Source: Kiritimatiellia bacterium
GTDB lineage: Bacteria > Verrucomicrobiota > Kiritimatiellia > JAAZAB01
Assembly: GCA_040767085.1 (NCBI GenBank)
Contig: JAXGPF010000004.1
Location: 224,001-288,000 of the forward strand
Length of the DNA: 64,000 bases
Reading direction: 5' to 3'
The position numbers and the translations under genes are program-made. The notes beneath the pieces are model-generated. The model saw nothing but the letters and a program-made list of their open reading frames with translations. It was not told the origin of the DNA and did not search any database. Position 1 is the stretch's first letter. The number at the start of each line of letters is the position of its first letter. Below, piece by piece: positions 1 to 9,406 of this stretch.

Positions 1-127
1 GCGCCGCATCCAGAGGCATCGGCACCCAGCGATCCATGGCGCCGGGGGCGTAAACCGGCCCGATGACCGTCCAGGTTTGCAGTTCGATTTCAAGTTTGCG
101 GCGGATGACGGCATGGTTTTTTTTCAT
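1..127 (-). CDS. Partial CDS (N-terminus only), hypothetical, possibly carbohydrate-active
   Basis: Manual translation from ATG at 127 gives MKKNHAVIRRKLEIELQTWTVIGPVYAPGAMDRW..., open to the window edge. It has an AGGAAG SD-like site upstream and is co-directional with the upstream operon. Confidence 0.6.
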   Translation of the reverse strand, partial: MKKNHAVIRRKLEIELQTWTVIGPVYAPGAMDRWVPMPLDAA

Positions 128-187
128 AATCGTCTTCCTGACCGTGTGCCGGCCGCGGCGGACAGCATGCCGCCGCCCGGCGGCTTT

Positions 188-2629
188 TCACGCCGCCGGG
201 CCCACCGGCGGAAAATAAACAAACAAGTGGCTGATGGCGTCATTTTCACCAATATAAAGTTCGCCATCCGGGCCGGCGGCCATCGTTGCGGCCCGGTGTA
301 TAATCCAGGTCTTGGGAATTCTCGACCGCATCAAGCCGCAATCCAGCATGCCGCCGGTGCGGGGATCAAACCGGACCAGGTGCGTCAGAAGATTTGGTCC
401 GCCGGCCAAGCCCCACACCAGCCCGTCCCGTCCTACCGCCAGCGCGGCCAGGGAGCCGGCGGCAGCGGGCCGGCCAAAATTCAGGATCCCCCCCCGCTCC
501 GGATCCAGCCGGAAGAGGCAGCCGTCGGCCGCGGCGCCGCCGTAAATCCGCCCATCCCGCGCGGCGGCAAAAGCCTCGGCATAATTGAGGTATTCGCGGC
601 CGGCGCCGCAGGGTAATTTCCATCCGGTATCCGTGAAGGCGCCGTCATCCGGCGTATAACGGATGATGTATCCATGATGTCCGGAAAAATAAACCGCCCC
701 CTGATGGCACAGCATTGCCCGGGATAGATTGCCGGCTTTGACGATATGCTGGGCGAAGATATCCCGGATTTCCGTCTGCCGGGAAGCGATGTCGTGAATA
801 AAAAACTTGCCGCCCGGCCAGGAAAGCCCGTAAATCCTGCCCCGGGGTTCATCCAGCGCCATGGCGCAGATGCCTTCGCCCGGCACGCAGGGACCGCGGT
901 CATCAAGGCGCGTGCAGTCGCCGCCCGGAGTCAGTATCCGGCCGGAAAATTCACCGCGGTCCACATCGTCATAGGCGCGCATCCAGTCGGCCTGGCGCGG
1001 CGCGTCATACATGTACAAACGCCCGGTCGCATCTGCTCCGCCAGTCACGCCCGCAAACAACCGCCCCTGCGCATCCATCAGCAGTGAGCGGCAGACCGCC
1101 GGACCGGACCCCAGCGTATTCAGCAGCAGCAACCGTCCAGCCAGGGGAGTCCTGAAAAACAGGTGTGACCGGCTGCCGGACGTGGCGCCAAAAACGCCGC
1201 CATCCTGCGCCACCGCCAGGGCGGTGACGGCGCACTCGTTGCGCGGCAGGCATGGCTGCCGGCTGCCGCCGCCGATTTCGCAGGCTATGAAGCGTCCGTC
1301 CGTTGCAAAAACCGAACTGCAGTCCCGCGTAGCCAGGTGGTATAACCGCGGCAATGGCGGCGGCGGAACAGCCGGCGCCGCGACCGCCGGCGGGGTCCAG
1401 GCCGGGGGCGGAGGTTGCCGCACCCCGTGCGGATTGAAAATTACCAGTTGCAGCGGCAATTCCGGCCGCACTTTCCAGGAAGCGAAATAAACCGCGCCAT
1501 CGTGCCCAACAGCCGCCGCCACCGGGCAAAGCACCGGCGGCAATCCCGCGGCCTGCATGACGCCGTAATCCTGTTTGCCGCCCGTAGCGGGATCCACGGC
1601 GACAATATTCGCGCGCATGCGCAGCAGGCCGTCCTGGCTGTTGATGTTGCCCTGCGCATTGAGCGCGTAGTGGGCCGCGGCATAAATCCGCCCGTCGCGC
1701 CCCAGGGCCATGGTGCGGATAAACGGATAGTCAACTTCAGCCTCTCCGGGATCCGGCGCCAGCGCGGGCCCCAGGTCGCGCAACCGGCCGTATCTCCCCG
1801 CCGTGGGATCGAATTCGAACAGGCGCCGGCCGCGGATGGCGGCGCCGTATAACTTCACGCCGTCGGGGCCGGGGATAAAATTAAACACGCCGTTCTGATC
1901 GCTTTCCCGCCAACGGGCATTGGGAATCTGGAGCGGCAGGCGTTCAAGGGATTCGTCCCGGGGGTCATACCGCAGGATAAAGCCCCGGCAATCCGTGGTG
2001 AAAACATAGCCGGCCGCGCTGTAGCAAGGCCCCATGAAATCATACTGGGCAATGCGGCCCAGGTCGCGCACCTCCCCCGTCCGCAGGCGGATGACCATGA
2101 AATGCGCCGTCAGGAACGTGGTGAGATACAATTCCTCCCGTTCCGGGTTATAGCCCAGCCAGCGGCAGCCGCCTTTGGGCGAGACAACGCCGAAATCGCG
2201 CACACTGCGCGCCGCCGGATCGTAAATCACCAGGTGCGACCCTTTAAAACAGCGCTCATGGTCATTGTACACGTGCCAAAAGTGGTAGTAATCCTCGCCC
2301 GCCGGCGGGGCGGTCATATGGGAGACCGCATATATTCTGCCATCAGCCCCCGCGCAGATGGATGTGTGGATTTTGGAATGGGGATGGCGCTGGGGCTCGG
2401 CGGCCTCGGGCAAAACGGCGGCCAGATCGGCGATTTCGGACACGGCATCCGCCGCCGGATCGTAAGCCAGCAGGCGGGCATAAAGCCCGGGCGATGTGGT
2501 TTCCGCGCTCAAACCGAGATAAATCCGGCCATCCTTGCCGGCGGCGGCGGCATAGATCACATCATGCCCGGCCGGAGCTTCCACAATACGGGCCGTTAAT
2601 AATTTCGGATCAACCGCCGGATGTTGCAT
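188..2629 (-). CDS. Tandem beta-propeller repeat protein (813 aa, hypothetical)
   Basis: Many blade-like repeats (xxGxDGRIY, LxxYDP) in two ~400-aa halves. No signal peptide. Starts 6 bp after the upstream gene. Confidence 0.7.
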   Translation of the reverse strand: MQHPAVDPKLLTARIVEAPAGHDVIYAAAAGKDGRIYLGLSAETTSPGLYARLLAYDPAADAVSEIADLAAVLPEAAEPQRHPHSKIHTSICAGADGRIYAVSHMTAPPAGEDYYHFWHVYNDHERCFKGSHLVIYDPAARSVRDFGVVSPKGGCRWLGYNPEREELYLTTFLTAHFMVIRLRTGEVRDLGRIAQYDFMGPCYSAAGYVFTTDCRGFILRYDPRDESLERLPLQIPNARWRESDQNGVFNFIPGPDGVKLYGAAIRGRRLFEFDPTAGRYGRLRDLGPALAPDPGEAEVDYPFIRTMALGRDGRIYAAAHYALNAQGNINSQDGLLRMRANIVAVDPATGGKQDYGVMQAAGLPPVLCPVAAAVGHDGAVYFASWKVRPELPLQLVIFNPHGVRQPPPPAWTPPAVAAPAVPPPPLPRLYHLATRDCSSVFATDGRFIACEIGGGSRQPCLPRNECAVTALAVAQDGGVFGATSGSRSHLFFRTPLAGRLLLLNTLGSGPAVCRSLLMDAQGRLFAGVTGGADATGRLYMYDAPRQADWMRAYDDVDRGEFSGRILTPGGDCTRLDDRGPCVPGEGICAMALDEPRGRIYGLSWPGGKFFIHDIASRQTEIRDIFAQHIVKAGNLSRAMLCHQGAVYFSGHHGYIIRYTPDDGAFTDTGWKLPCGAGREYLNYAEAFAAARDGRIYGGAAADGCLFRLDPERGGILNFGRPAAAGSLAALAVGRDGLVWGLAGGPNLLTHLVRFDPRTGGMLDCGLMRSRIPKTWIIHRAATMAAGPDGELYIGENDAISHLFVYFPPVGPAA

Positions 2630-2635
2630 GGCGCA

Positions 2636-3517
2636 TTATCCCCGATGGCCGACAGACTGATGAATCGCGCGGATATTTTTCAGATATGCCAGGCTCTGCG
2701 GCACGCCGACTTCTTCGGAAGCCATCGCCGCCGCTTCGTATTCCAAAGAACAATACCCGCCGTATCGATCGTTTTCGAGCAGCGCCGCAAACTGGCGCAG
2801 CGGCACGTCGCCGCGGCCGGCGACATAGGCCTGGCGCCGGTTGCGGTTGCCGGGCAGCGCCGGCCCGCTGTCCTTGACGTGCACATGCGCGATCCGGCCG
2901 CGCAGGTTGGCATAGGCGTGCAGAGGATTTTCCGGCTCGTCCATGTTGGCGCCCATGAAATTGGCGCAATCGAACGTGCACTGCAGAAAACGGGAATTGA
3001 ATTGATCCAGGAGCATCCGGACTTCATAGGAATGGCCCGGCAGCCGCCCATGATTCTCCAGCGCCAGCACCACCCCGCGCCGCTCGGCATCGGGGAGGCA
3101 CGCCTCGATCCCGCGCGCGATCAGCGGCAGACCGGCGTGGGTTTGCATGCCGGGCTCCCCCCCGTTGTCCTCGTGATGGCCGCCGAAAATCCGCAGCACG
3201 GGCGCGCCCAGTTCCGCCGCCTCATTCAGGGCCGCTTTGACCACCGCCACCTGCGCCCGCCAGTCATCCTCGTTGAATTTGGCGAAATTATTGCCCGTGG
3301 CATAAGCTGCCAGCTTGATACCGGCTTGTTGCAACCAACCCGGCAGCGCCTTGGACTCGCGCGCCTGGTCTTTCCAGAACCATGCGTAACATTGCGAGTC
3401 CAAAATATCCACTCCATCCGCGCCCAATTCCGCACAGTAATTGACAAAGCCTTCCGCATCCATTTTACCTGCACGCATAATCTTCGCCACACTGATCGGG
3501 GTGACTGATATTTTCAT
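2636..3517 (-). CDS. Sugar phosphate isomerase/epimerase (xylose-isomerase-like TIM barrel)
   Basis: Motifs LALENHG, FDCAN, HVHVKD, GxGDVP, YGGYCSLEYE. Start moved to ATG 3517 (MKISVTP). Confidence 0.85.
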   Translation of the reverse strand: MKISVTPISVAKIMRAGKMDAEGFVNYCAELGADGVDILDSQCYAWFWKDQARESKALPGWLQQAGIKLAAYATGNNFAKFNEDDWRAQVAVVKAALNEAAELGAPVLRIFGGHHEDNGGEPGMQTHAGLPLIARGIEACLPDAERRGVVLALENHGRLPGHSYEVRMLLDQFNSRFLQCTFDCANFMGANMDEPENPLHAYANLRGRIAHVHVKDSGPALPGNRNRRQAYVAGRGDVPLRQFAALLENDRYGGYCSLEYEAAAMASEEVGVPQSLAYLKNIRAIHQSVGHRG

Positions 3518-3561
3518 CGTAAATCCCTGCAACTTTCTCAGCGGAAATGCCGCAACGCGCA

Positions 3562-3579
3562 AATACACTAAAATACTCT
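3562..3579 (-). promoter_or_regulatory. Operator-like imperfect palindrome, copy 1
   Basis: Minus strand AGAGTATTTTAGTGTATT, 17/18 identical to 13920-13937, just downstream of a -10 box. Confidence 0.6.
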
Positions 3580-3585
3580 TTTTGC

Positions 3586-3613
3586 AAAATAACACACTCG
3601 CACGATATGTCAA
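3586..3613 (-). promoter_or_regulatory. Sigma70-type promoter for the epimerase operon
   Basis: TTGACA-16 bp-TATTTT with an extended TG on the minus strand, directly abutting the IS target duplication. Confidence 0.6.
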
Positions 3614-3629
3614 TCCCGAATTTCATGCC
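3614..3629 (+). repeat. Left 16-bp target-site duplication of the IS
   Basis: TCCCGAATTTCATGCC, identical to 5016-5031. Confidence 0.92.
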
Positions 3630-3716
3630 TGTCGTAAACAAATGACTTGGCCGCATAATTAACAAATGATTTGTCCGCTTAAAGCTGTCAGGATGGTGCA
3701 TTCAAAGGGGGGTTAT

Positions 3717-4901
3717 ATGGATGAATATCCGAAGGCAGCACTGGAGCGGGCAATGAAGGTACAGGAAGTGATCTTGCGTGCGATTGAAGGGCGGTTAATG
3801 TGGTGGGAGGCGGCGGAGATACTAGGTGTGAGCTACCGGACCATGCGGCGCTGGAAAGGGCGCTACGAGCGGTATGGTTACGACGGGCTGCTGGATCGTC
3901 GGCGGAAGATACCGGGGCCGCGGCGCGTGCCCCTTGCGACGGTGAAGCAGGTGCTGAGGTTGTACCGAGAAGAATACATGGATTTCAATGTGAGGCATTT
4001 TCACGAGAAGCTGCAGGCGGAGCATGGGATCGAGCTCAGTTATCAGTGGGTCAAGAGCGCCTTGCAGACGGCCGGGTTGGTGGCGAAGGCCCGGAAACGA
4101 GGGCCGCATCGGCAGCAGCGGGAACGGCGACCAATGGCGGGGATGATGTTGATGGTGGATGGCAGCACCCATGCCTGGTTGCCCCTGCTGGCGGGCCAGA
4201 AGCAGGATCTGATCCTGGTGATGGACGATGCCACCAGCGAAGTCTACACGGCCTATCTTGTGCCCCAGGAAGGGACATTAACGGTGATGAAGGGGTTGAA
4301 AGAAGTCATTATTAAACATGGGGTTTTCTGCAGTCTGTACACGGATCGTGGCAGTCATTTCTTTTATACGCCCAAAGAAGGCGGGGCGGTGGACCGGCGT
4401 CAATTGACGCAAATTGGACGGGCGTTGCAACAGTTGGGGATCGAACATATTCCGAGCTATAGCCCCCAGGGACGTGGGCGAATAGAGCGGATGTTTAAGA
4501 CCTGGCAAGGGCGCCTGCCGCAGGAATTAAGGCAGGCGGGAATCCGGACGATGGCCGAGGCCAACGTCTATATTCAACAACAGTTTCTGCCTTCCTTCAA
4601 TCGCAACATGAAGGTGAAGGCGCGGGAAACAGGAACGTGTTTCGTGCCTTGCGGTGAGCAGGATTTGGACAGCATTTTCTGTGTGCAGCATGCGCGAGAG
4701 GTTCAAAATGACAATACCGTGGCTGTCGGGAGTCGCCGCTTGCAGATTGGACCATCAAAATGGCGTTTCAGCTTCGCCAAGTGCCGGGTTAAAGTCTGCG
4801 AGCACCTCGATGGCACGGTGTCCATCCGTTATGGCCCGCATGTGGTTGGCCGCTACCAAGGACCGTTGAACATTTCGGCGTCGCTGGAGGACGTCGCATA
4901 A
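3717..4901 (+). CDS. tnp: DDE transposase (HTH + rve integrase core)
   Basis: N-terminal HTH (EAAEILGVSYRTMRRW); catalytic-type motifs VDGS, YTDRGS, SPQGRGRIERMF. Confidence 0.92.
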   Translation: MDEYPKAALERAMKVQEVILRAIEGRLMWWEAAEILGVSYRTMRRWKGRYERYGYDGLLDRRRKIPGPRRVPLATVKQVLRLYREEYMDFNVRHFHEKLQAEHGIELSYQWVKSALQTAGLVAKARKRGPHRQQRERRPMAGMMLMVDGSTHAWLPLLAGQKQDLILVMDDATSEVYTAYLVPQEGTLTVMKGLKEVIIKHGVFCSLYTDRGSHFFYTPKEGGAVDRRQLTQIGRALQQLGIEHIPSYSPQGRGRIERMFKTWQGRLPQELRQAGIRTMAEANVYIQQQFLPSFNRNMKVKARETGTCFVPCGEQDLDSIFCVQHAREVQNDNTVAVGSRRLQIGPSKWRFSFAKCRVKVCEHLDGTVSIRYGPHVVGRYQGPLNISASLEDVA

Positions 4902-4904
4902 ACT

Positions 4905-4930
4905 TTTTCCTCCCCCGCGGGGGAGGAAAA
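4905..4930. terminator. Perfect 26-bp palindrome inside the IS right end, terminator-like
   Basis: TTTTCCTCCCCC-GC-GGGGGAGGAAAA immediately after the transposase stop. Confidence 0.55.
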
Positions 4931-5015
4931 TCCTCACCCCAGGAGCAACAACACACAATAACAAATCGGACAGATCACTTGTTACAAAAAGCGGACACTT
5001 GACTTGTTACGAACA

Positions 5016-5031
5016 TCCCGAATTTCATGCC
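5016..5031 (+). repeat. Right 16-bp target-site duplication of the IS
   Basis: TCCCGAATTTCATGCC; it contains the TGA stop (5025-5027) of the FAD oxidoreductase gene. Confidence 0.92.
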
Positions 5032-6557
5032 GTCACGCCTGGAATTGACCGGCGCCACTGCCCGCGGGAATCGGGAGTCCGGGCCGCGCCATCCGCGCTC
5101 CGCACCTGGCCGATGTCGCAGCCATTCCGAATCATGATGGTTTGCAATTCGACGCGGTCCACCCGGCGCGGGGGCACGTCCCTGGCCAGCGAAATGGCGG
5201 CAGCGGTTCCCGCCGCTTCGCCCATGTTCAGGCAGCACAGAACCAGGCGGCAGCCGGACTGCGCCATGAAATCCGCCGACAGGCAGCGGCCCGCGACCAG
5301 CAGATTTTCAACCTTTAACGGCACCAGGCAGCGGTAAGGAATATCGTACAGCGGGCTTTTGCATTTGATGGCGGCGCCTTTGTTGCCCCAGTAATCGCTC
5401 AAGGCCTCCTTGCCGCCGGGCGGCATCCAACTGGAGCCGTAACCGTTGGCGCCGCAGATGACATAACGGGTTTCGCCGTCAACTTCCATTTTGTCCCACT
5501 TGATATTTCCCACATCGTCCGGATTATGACAGTCATAACCATGTCCGCTGAGGCAGATGACGTCATCAAAACGCCGGCCGCTGGCCAGATCCCCGGTGGT
5601 CATCATGTATTCGCCCAACACCCGCCGGGATTCGCGCACGCCCAGCAAGGTCCCGGTGTCGATCAGCCAGGATTTCGCGAAACCCGGCACCTTGGCGCGG
5701 ATGAATTTCCAGAGTATATCCGCCTGCTCGCGCCCTTCGAGGTACATGCGGGTAAGGTCGCGGCTTTCAAGCGGACGGCATTTGCGCGAATGCGCCATAC
5801 AGATGCTAACTTCATCCATACCGCAGTGTTCCGGGCGGCCGGGCACATGCGTCATCCAATTCAAATGGTTTTCGATTTGCGCGACTTTTGGCCAACCCTG
5901 CTCGGAGGCGCCTGCCACCAGCGCGGTCCAACGGGGATCGGTGCGTTTTAAATCAGAATTCAGATAGGCATCCCAGTCAACGCCGCCCAGCCGGAATTCG
6001 AGCGAACAGGCCTGCGCGATGCCGTCACCGGGACGGCCGGCCATGCATTCACAGCCGGCGAAGCTCGCGACATCCGCATCGCCGGAACAATCAATAATTC
6101 GCTGCCCCAGCACTGCCTGGCGTCCGGACTTGCTCTCAACCACCACGCCGGCGACCGCCGGACCGCGCATGATCGCCTCAACGACGTGACTTACCAGCAG
6201 CAGGTCGCAACCGGACTCGATGACCATCCGGTCCAGCACCAGTTTGTGTTTTTCCGGATCGCTGTTACGGTGCCATTCGCCGTCAACATCCCGCAAGCGC
6301 TGCATCATGACGGCGCCGATGCCGGCGATGAAATCCAACGGAATATTGACCAAGCCGATGGTCGCCAGCCCGCCCAGCGACGATTCGCGCTCCAGCAAAA
6401 GCGTCTTGCACCCGGCCCGCGCGGCCGCAATCCCGGCGCCAATTCCCGCCATACCTCCGCCGACGACGATGACATCGTATTCTCCGATCAGCGGCAATTC
6501 CTTTCGCGGCTCGGCAATCATCCTGCCGCTGCGTTCCAGTTCAATCATGGCTGTCAT
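5025..6557 (-). CDS. FAD-dependent oxidoreductase (FAD_oxidored type)
   Basis: YDVIVVGGGMAG Rossmann motif, IDCSGDAD, GVRESRR, YDIPYRCLVP, NLLVAGRCLS. Confidence 0.9.
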   Translation of the reverse strand: MTAMIELERSGRMIAEPRKELPLIGEYDVIVVGGGMAGIGAGIAAARAGCKTLLLERESSLGGLATIGLVNIPLDFIAGIGAVMMQRLRDVDGEWHRNSDPEKHKLVLDRMVIESGCDLLLVSHVVEAIMRGPAVAGVVVESKSGRQAVLGQRIIDCSGDADVASFAGCECMAGRPGDGIAQACSLEFRLGGVDWDAYLNSDLKRTDPRWTALVAGASEQGWPKVAQIENHLNWMTHVPGRPEHCGMDEVSICMAHSRKCRPLESRDLTRMYLEGREQADILWKFIRAKVPGFAKSWLIDTGTLLGVRESRRVLGEYMMTTGDLASGRRFDDVICLSGHGYDCHNPDDVGNIKWDKMEVDGETRYVICGANGYGSSWMPPGGKEALSDYWGNKGAAIKCKSPLYDIPYRCLVPLKVENLLVAGRCLSADFMAQSGCRLVLCCLNMGEAAGTAAAISLARDVPPRRVDRVELQTIMIRNGCDIGQVRSADGAARTPDSRGQWRRSIPGVTA

Positions 6558-6759
6558 TTCCTTTCGTTTTTGCCCCGCCGGCGTCCGCTACCCGGACAAT
6601 CGCCTCCGAAGCGCAATTTTCAAAACATACGCCGCAACCAACACAACGCGCCTGGTCAATCACCGCCCCCTGCGTTCCTAAAACGATCGCGCCGACCGGA
6701 CATTCGTAAATACAGGTCGCGCAAAACGTGCACCCGCGTGTCACCTGATACTTTTGGAT
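6541..6759 (-). CDS. 2x[4Fe-4S] ferredoxin (start uncertain: ATC 6759 or GTG 6744)
   Basis: CTFCATCIYECP and CVGCGVCFENCA clusters; overlaps the oxidoreductase start. Confidence 0.85.
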   Translation of the reverse strand: MQKYQVTRGCTFCATCIYECPVGAIVLGTQGAVIDQARCVGCGVCFENCASEAIVRVADAGGAKTKGNDSHD

Positions 6760-6762
6760 AAC

Positions 6763-7530
6763 CTACCTCCCTTTCCCAGATTCGCCCATCCGCATTTGCA
6801 GGACGGTTTCCATCCGCCGGGCCGCCGCCTCCAGCGCCGCCATGATTTCCCGCCGCCGCCGCCCTTTGAAACGATATGACGGCACCCCCACTCCGAGCGC
6901 TGCCAGCACCCGGCGATCTGGACCGAAAATTGGGACCGCCACCGATTCCGCATGCCCGTCCGCATCGCGCAAACACGCCTGCGCGCGCTGCCGGATTTCC
7001 GACAGGACGGCGGCAAACCGCGCACGATCTTTAATTCCGTCCCAAAGCGGACCGGGTAAGCCGTGTTTTTTCAGAACCAGCGCCACCCCCTCCCGATCCA
7101 GACATGCCACCAGCAGGCGCCCGGTGGCGCTGGCATATGGCGTCGGGCGACAGACGGGGTCGCCCCGATACTCCACGCTCCGGTCAGCCGAGCTCTTCGC
7201 CAGCAGATAACGGTCGCCCGCGCGCAGAATGCTGATCGTGGCGGTTTCGCGCACTTCTTCCGCCAGGGCGCGGACAATTTCTACGGCGCTATCGCGCAAG
7301 GTATCGGCGGTGCGGCGGGCGTTCGCCAGCGCGGCGAGACTGGCGCCGATGGCATAGCGCCTTGCTTCATCCCGCTCGAGATATCCCAGCGCCTGGAGCG
7401 TCCGCAAGATATTCGAGAGCGTGGCCTTGTGCATGCGCAGCGCGCGGCCGATTTCCAGCAGCGTCATCCCCTGGTCGGCGCCCGCCACCAGCCGCAGGAT
7501 CGCATCGCATTTTTGCAGCACTTTGATCAT
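6763..7530 (-). CDS. IclR-family transcriptional regulator
   Basis: N-terminal wHTH (KATLSNILRTLQALGYL), SATGRLL, C-terminal SVAVPIF effector domain. Confidence 0.9.
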   Translation of the reverse strand: MIKVLQKCDAILRLVAGADQGMTLLEIGRALRMHKATLSNILRTLQALGYLERDEARRYAIGASLAALANARRTADTLRDSAVEIVRALAEEVRETATISILRAGDRYLLAKSSADRSVEYRGDPVCRPTPYASATGRLLVACLDREGVALVLKKHGLPGPLWDGIKDRARFAAVLSEIRQRAQACLRDADGHAESVAVPIFGPDRRVLAALGVGVPSYRFKGRRRREIMAALEAAARRMETVLQMRMGESGKGR

Positions 7531-7587
7531 AACGCCCTCCCGGCCCCTGGCGGCTTGTCCACCGGAGGCCTTTTAGTCTCTCAATCC

Positions 7588-7599
7588 AATACCGGTATT
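7588..7599. promoter_or_regulatory. Perfect 12-bp palindrome upstream of IclR (candidate autoregulatory operator)
   Basis: AATACCGGTATT in the AT-rich region ~60 bp upstream of the IclR start. Confidence 0.35.
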
Positions 7600-7640
7600 A
7601 CCATAATAATTATTTAACGCAAGCCTAAAATAATATTTTC

Positions 7641-7911
7641 CGGATGCCGAACGCCCGGCTGCGTCATGCTCGATTTTGCGCACGCATCCTGATTGCCATC
7701 ACGGCAGCCCGTTCGTCCGGCCGGAGTCTGCGATATAAACCCGCGATTTTTGCAAAGATATTGCAAGGATACGGCGTGGTTGGACCGTGCCCGGCTGCTC
7801 GCACATACAAAGCAGGTCGAGCCGGCGCACTCCAGACGAAGCCCCGGCTTGCGCCACGCCGCGGCGCCGCGACATCCGGATTTGTTGCGGCCGAACGGCG
7901 TTCGGCATCCG
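7641..7911. repeat. REP-mosaic / MITE-like element bounded by 15-bp perfect inverted repeats
   Basis: CGGATGCCGAACGCC (7641-7655) pairs with GGCGTTCGGCATCCG (7897-7911). The right end matches the unit of the 36.1-kb array, and 7657-7672 matches 20527-20542 at 15/16. Confidence 0.6.
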
Positions 7912-8060
7912 AATTCCGGATTGTGGATTGCGGGTTGAACGGGGATTTCAGCACGGAGACAGTCGCGGCACGGCGAGGGAAGATTTGCTGTAATATTGGC
8001 CGGCGCCAAATCTCTCAGGCGCCCGACCGCCGCGGCCGGACGCCTGGGTCAAGTTGCGGA

Positions 8061-9350
8061 TTAACCATGCCGGCAAGACAGCGGGCCAGCGTGCGCCTGC
8101 CAATATCCCCACAGCCAATTGACGGCGGCATCGCCGCTGTAAACATTATGCATCCAGGCCAAATCATCCGGAAACTGCCGGCCGTCCATGTCGACGAACC
8201 AGCGCAACTGATCGCGATGAAGTTTGCCCAGGATTTCCAACCCCTTTTCCCGCGCGCCGCGGCCGGGCAAATACGGCGCCAGCGCGACCGCGGCGCGGGC
8301 GAACATTGCCGCATGCATGCCGGAACGTATCCATCCGACAAAGCCGCCATAACGCCATTGCCCCGGATGGGCGGCGGGGATATTCATCACCTGTCGCACT
8401 TCCGTCACCTCGCCGGTTGCAATGTTATACAAACCCGCGCCCATCGCCAGGCCGTCTTCCGCGATCCACCGGCAATCCCGCGCATACATTTGCAAGGCCT
8501 TCGCCAGCCATATTTCCCGCATCGGAGCACGGTAATGCAGTAACGCCTCCAGGCTTAAAAAGCCGGAGGCGGTATTCTCCGGATTCAAGCGGATCAGGCG
8601 CAACGGCGATTGTTTTTCAAAATCAAAAACAGGCTCGCGCTTTCTGGCATGGTCCAGGACAGCGTCCCACGTCAAAGCCCCAAACGGTATTTTGAGCTGG
8701 ACCTCCGGCAACGCGCAAAGCCGGTCGTATTCCCGCCGGAATTCCGGCTGGGCGGAATGCTGCCAGGCCAGCCATGCAAACACGGGGAAACGTTCCAGGG
8801 GCCAGGTCAGGGGCTTGCCGAAATACGGATATGCATAGCCCCGGCGCATCCAGAACCGGGCCATCTGCGCCATCATGGCGGTGCAGACTGATTTTTCTCC
8901 GCGATCGGCGACCAGCAGGAATTGATCCATGCCCGCCATGGTAAAAACATATTGGTCGCTGGAGATCTGATCGCTCAGCCGGCCGCCATAACATTTGCAA
9001 TAGAAGCCTTCCGCTACGCCCCGGCCCAGGTCGAACAGCCAGCGAATGCCCTGGAAAGTGCGCCGGGCCTTGCGCAAGGCCGCGGGGTCCCCGGTGGCCT
9101 GGTATTTCAAGACCATGGCCGCGAGAAACGCGCCGGAACACATGCCAACATTTTCGTATGTGATAAAATCGCTGTAATCCGCCAGGTTGGCGCAGGCATA
9201 GGGATGCACACTGCAGCCCTCGAAATACCCCGGCGCAAAAGGACGCATCGTATTGATGTCCACCGCCGACCTGAGCAAACCATGGCGGTCTACCAGGGCT
9301 TCTTCAATTTCCGATTCAATTTCCGCCGCCCTGGCATGGAGCTGGTTCAT
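8061..9350 (-). CDS. Hypothetical protein, possibly (alpha/alpha)6-barrel glycosidase-like
   Basis: 430-codon ORF at the end of an operon, helical and aromatic-rich, SSDQY motif. The fold is inferred. Confidence 0.55.
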   Translation of the reverse strand: MNQLHARAAEIESEIEEALVDRHGLLRSAVDINTMRPFAPGYFEGCSVHPYACANLADYSDFITYENVGMCSGAFLAAMVLKYQATGDPAALRKARRTFQGIRWLFDLGRGVAEGFYCKCYGGRLSDQISSDQYVFTMAGMDQFLLVADRGEKSVCTAMMAQMARFWMRRGYAYPYFGKPLTWPLERFPVFAWLAWQHSAQPEFRREYDRLCALPEVQLKIPFGALTWDAVLDHARKREPVFDFEKQSPLRLIRLNPENTASGFLSLEALLHYRAPMREIWLAKALQMYARDCRWIAEDGLAMGAGLYNIATGEVTEVRQVMNIPAAHPGQWRYGGFVGWIRSGMHAAMFARAAVALAPYLPGRGAREKGLEILGKLHRDQLRWFVDMDGRQFPDDLAWMHNVYSGDAAVNWLWGYWQAHAGPLSCRHG

Positions 9351-9406
9351 GGCGCTGCGCCACATGTGGCTGTCAGTGCGATTCGCTTGCAAAACGTGCT
9401 TTTTGT

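Larger units (their letters stand above)
3630..5015 (+). mobile_element. Complete IS1202-family (ISNCY/IS481-related) insertion sequence, 1386 bp
   Basis: TGT...ACA ends, imperfect terminal IRs with two sub-terminal repeats per end (3637-3654, 3661-3678; 4967-4985, 4991-5010), a single DDE transposase and a 16-bp direct repeat. Confidence 0.9.
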
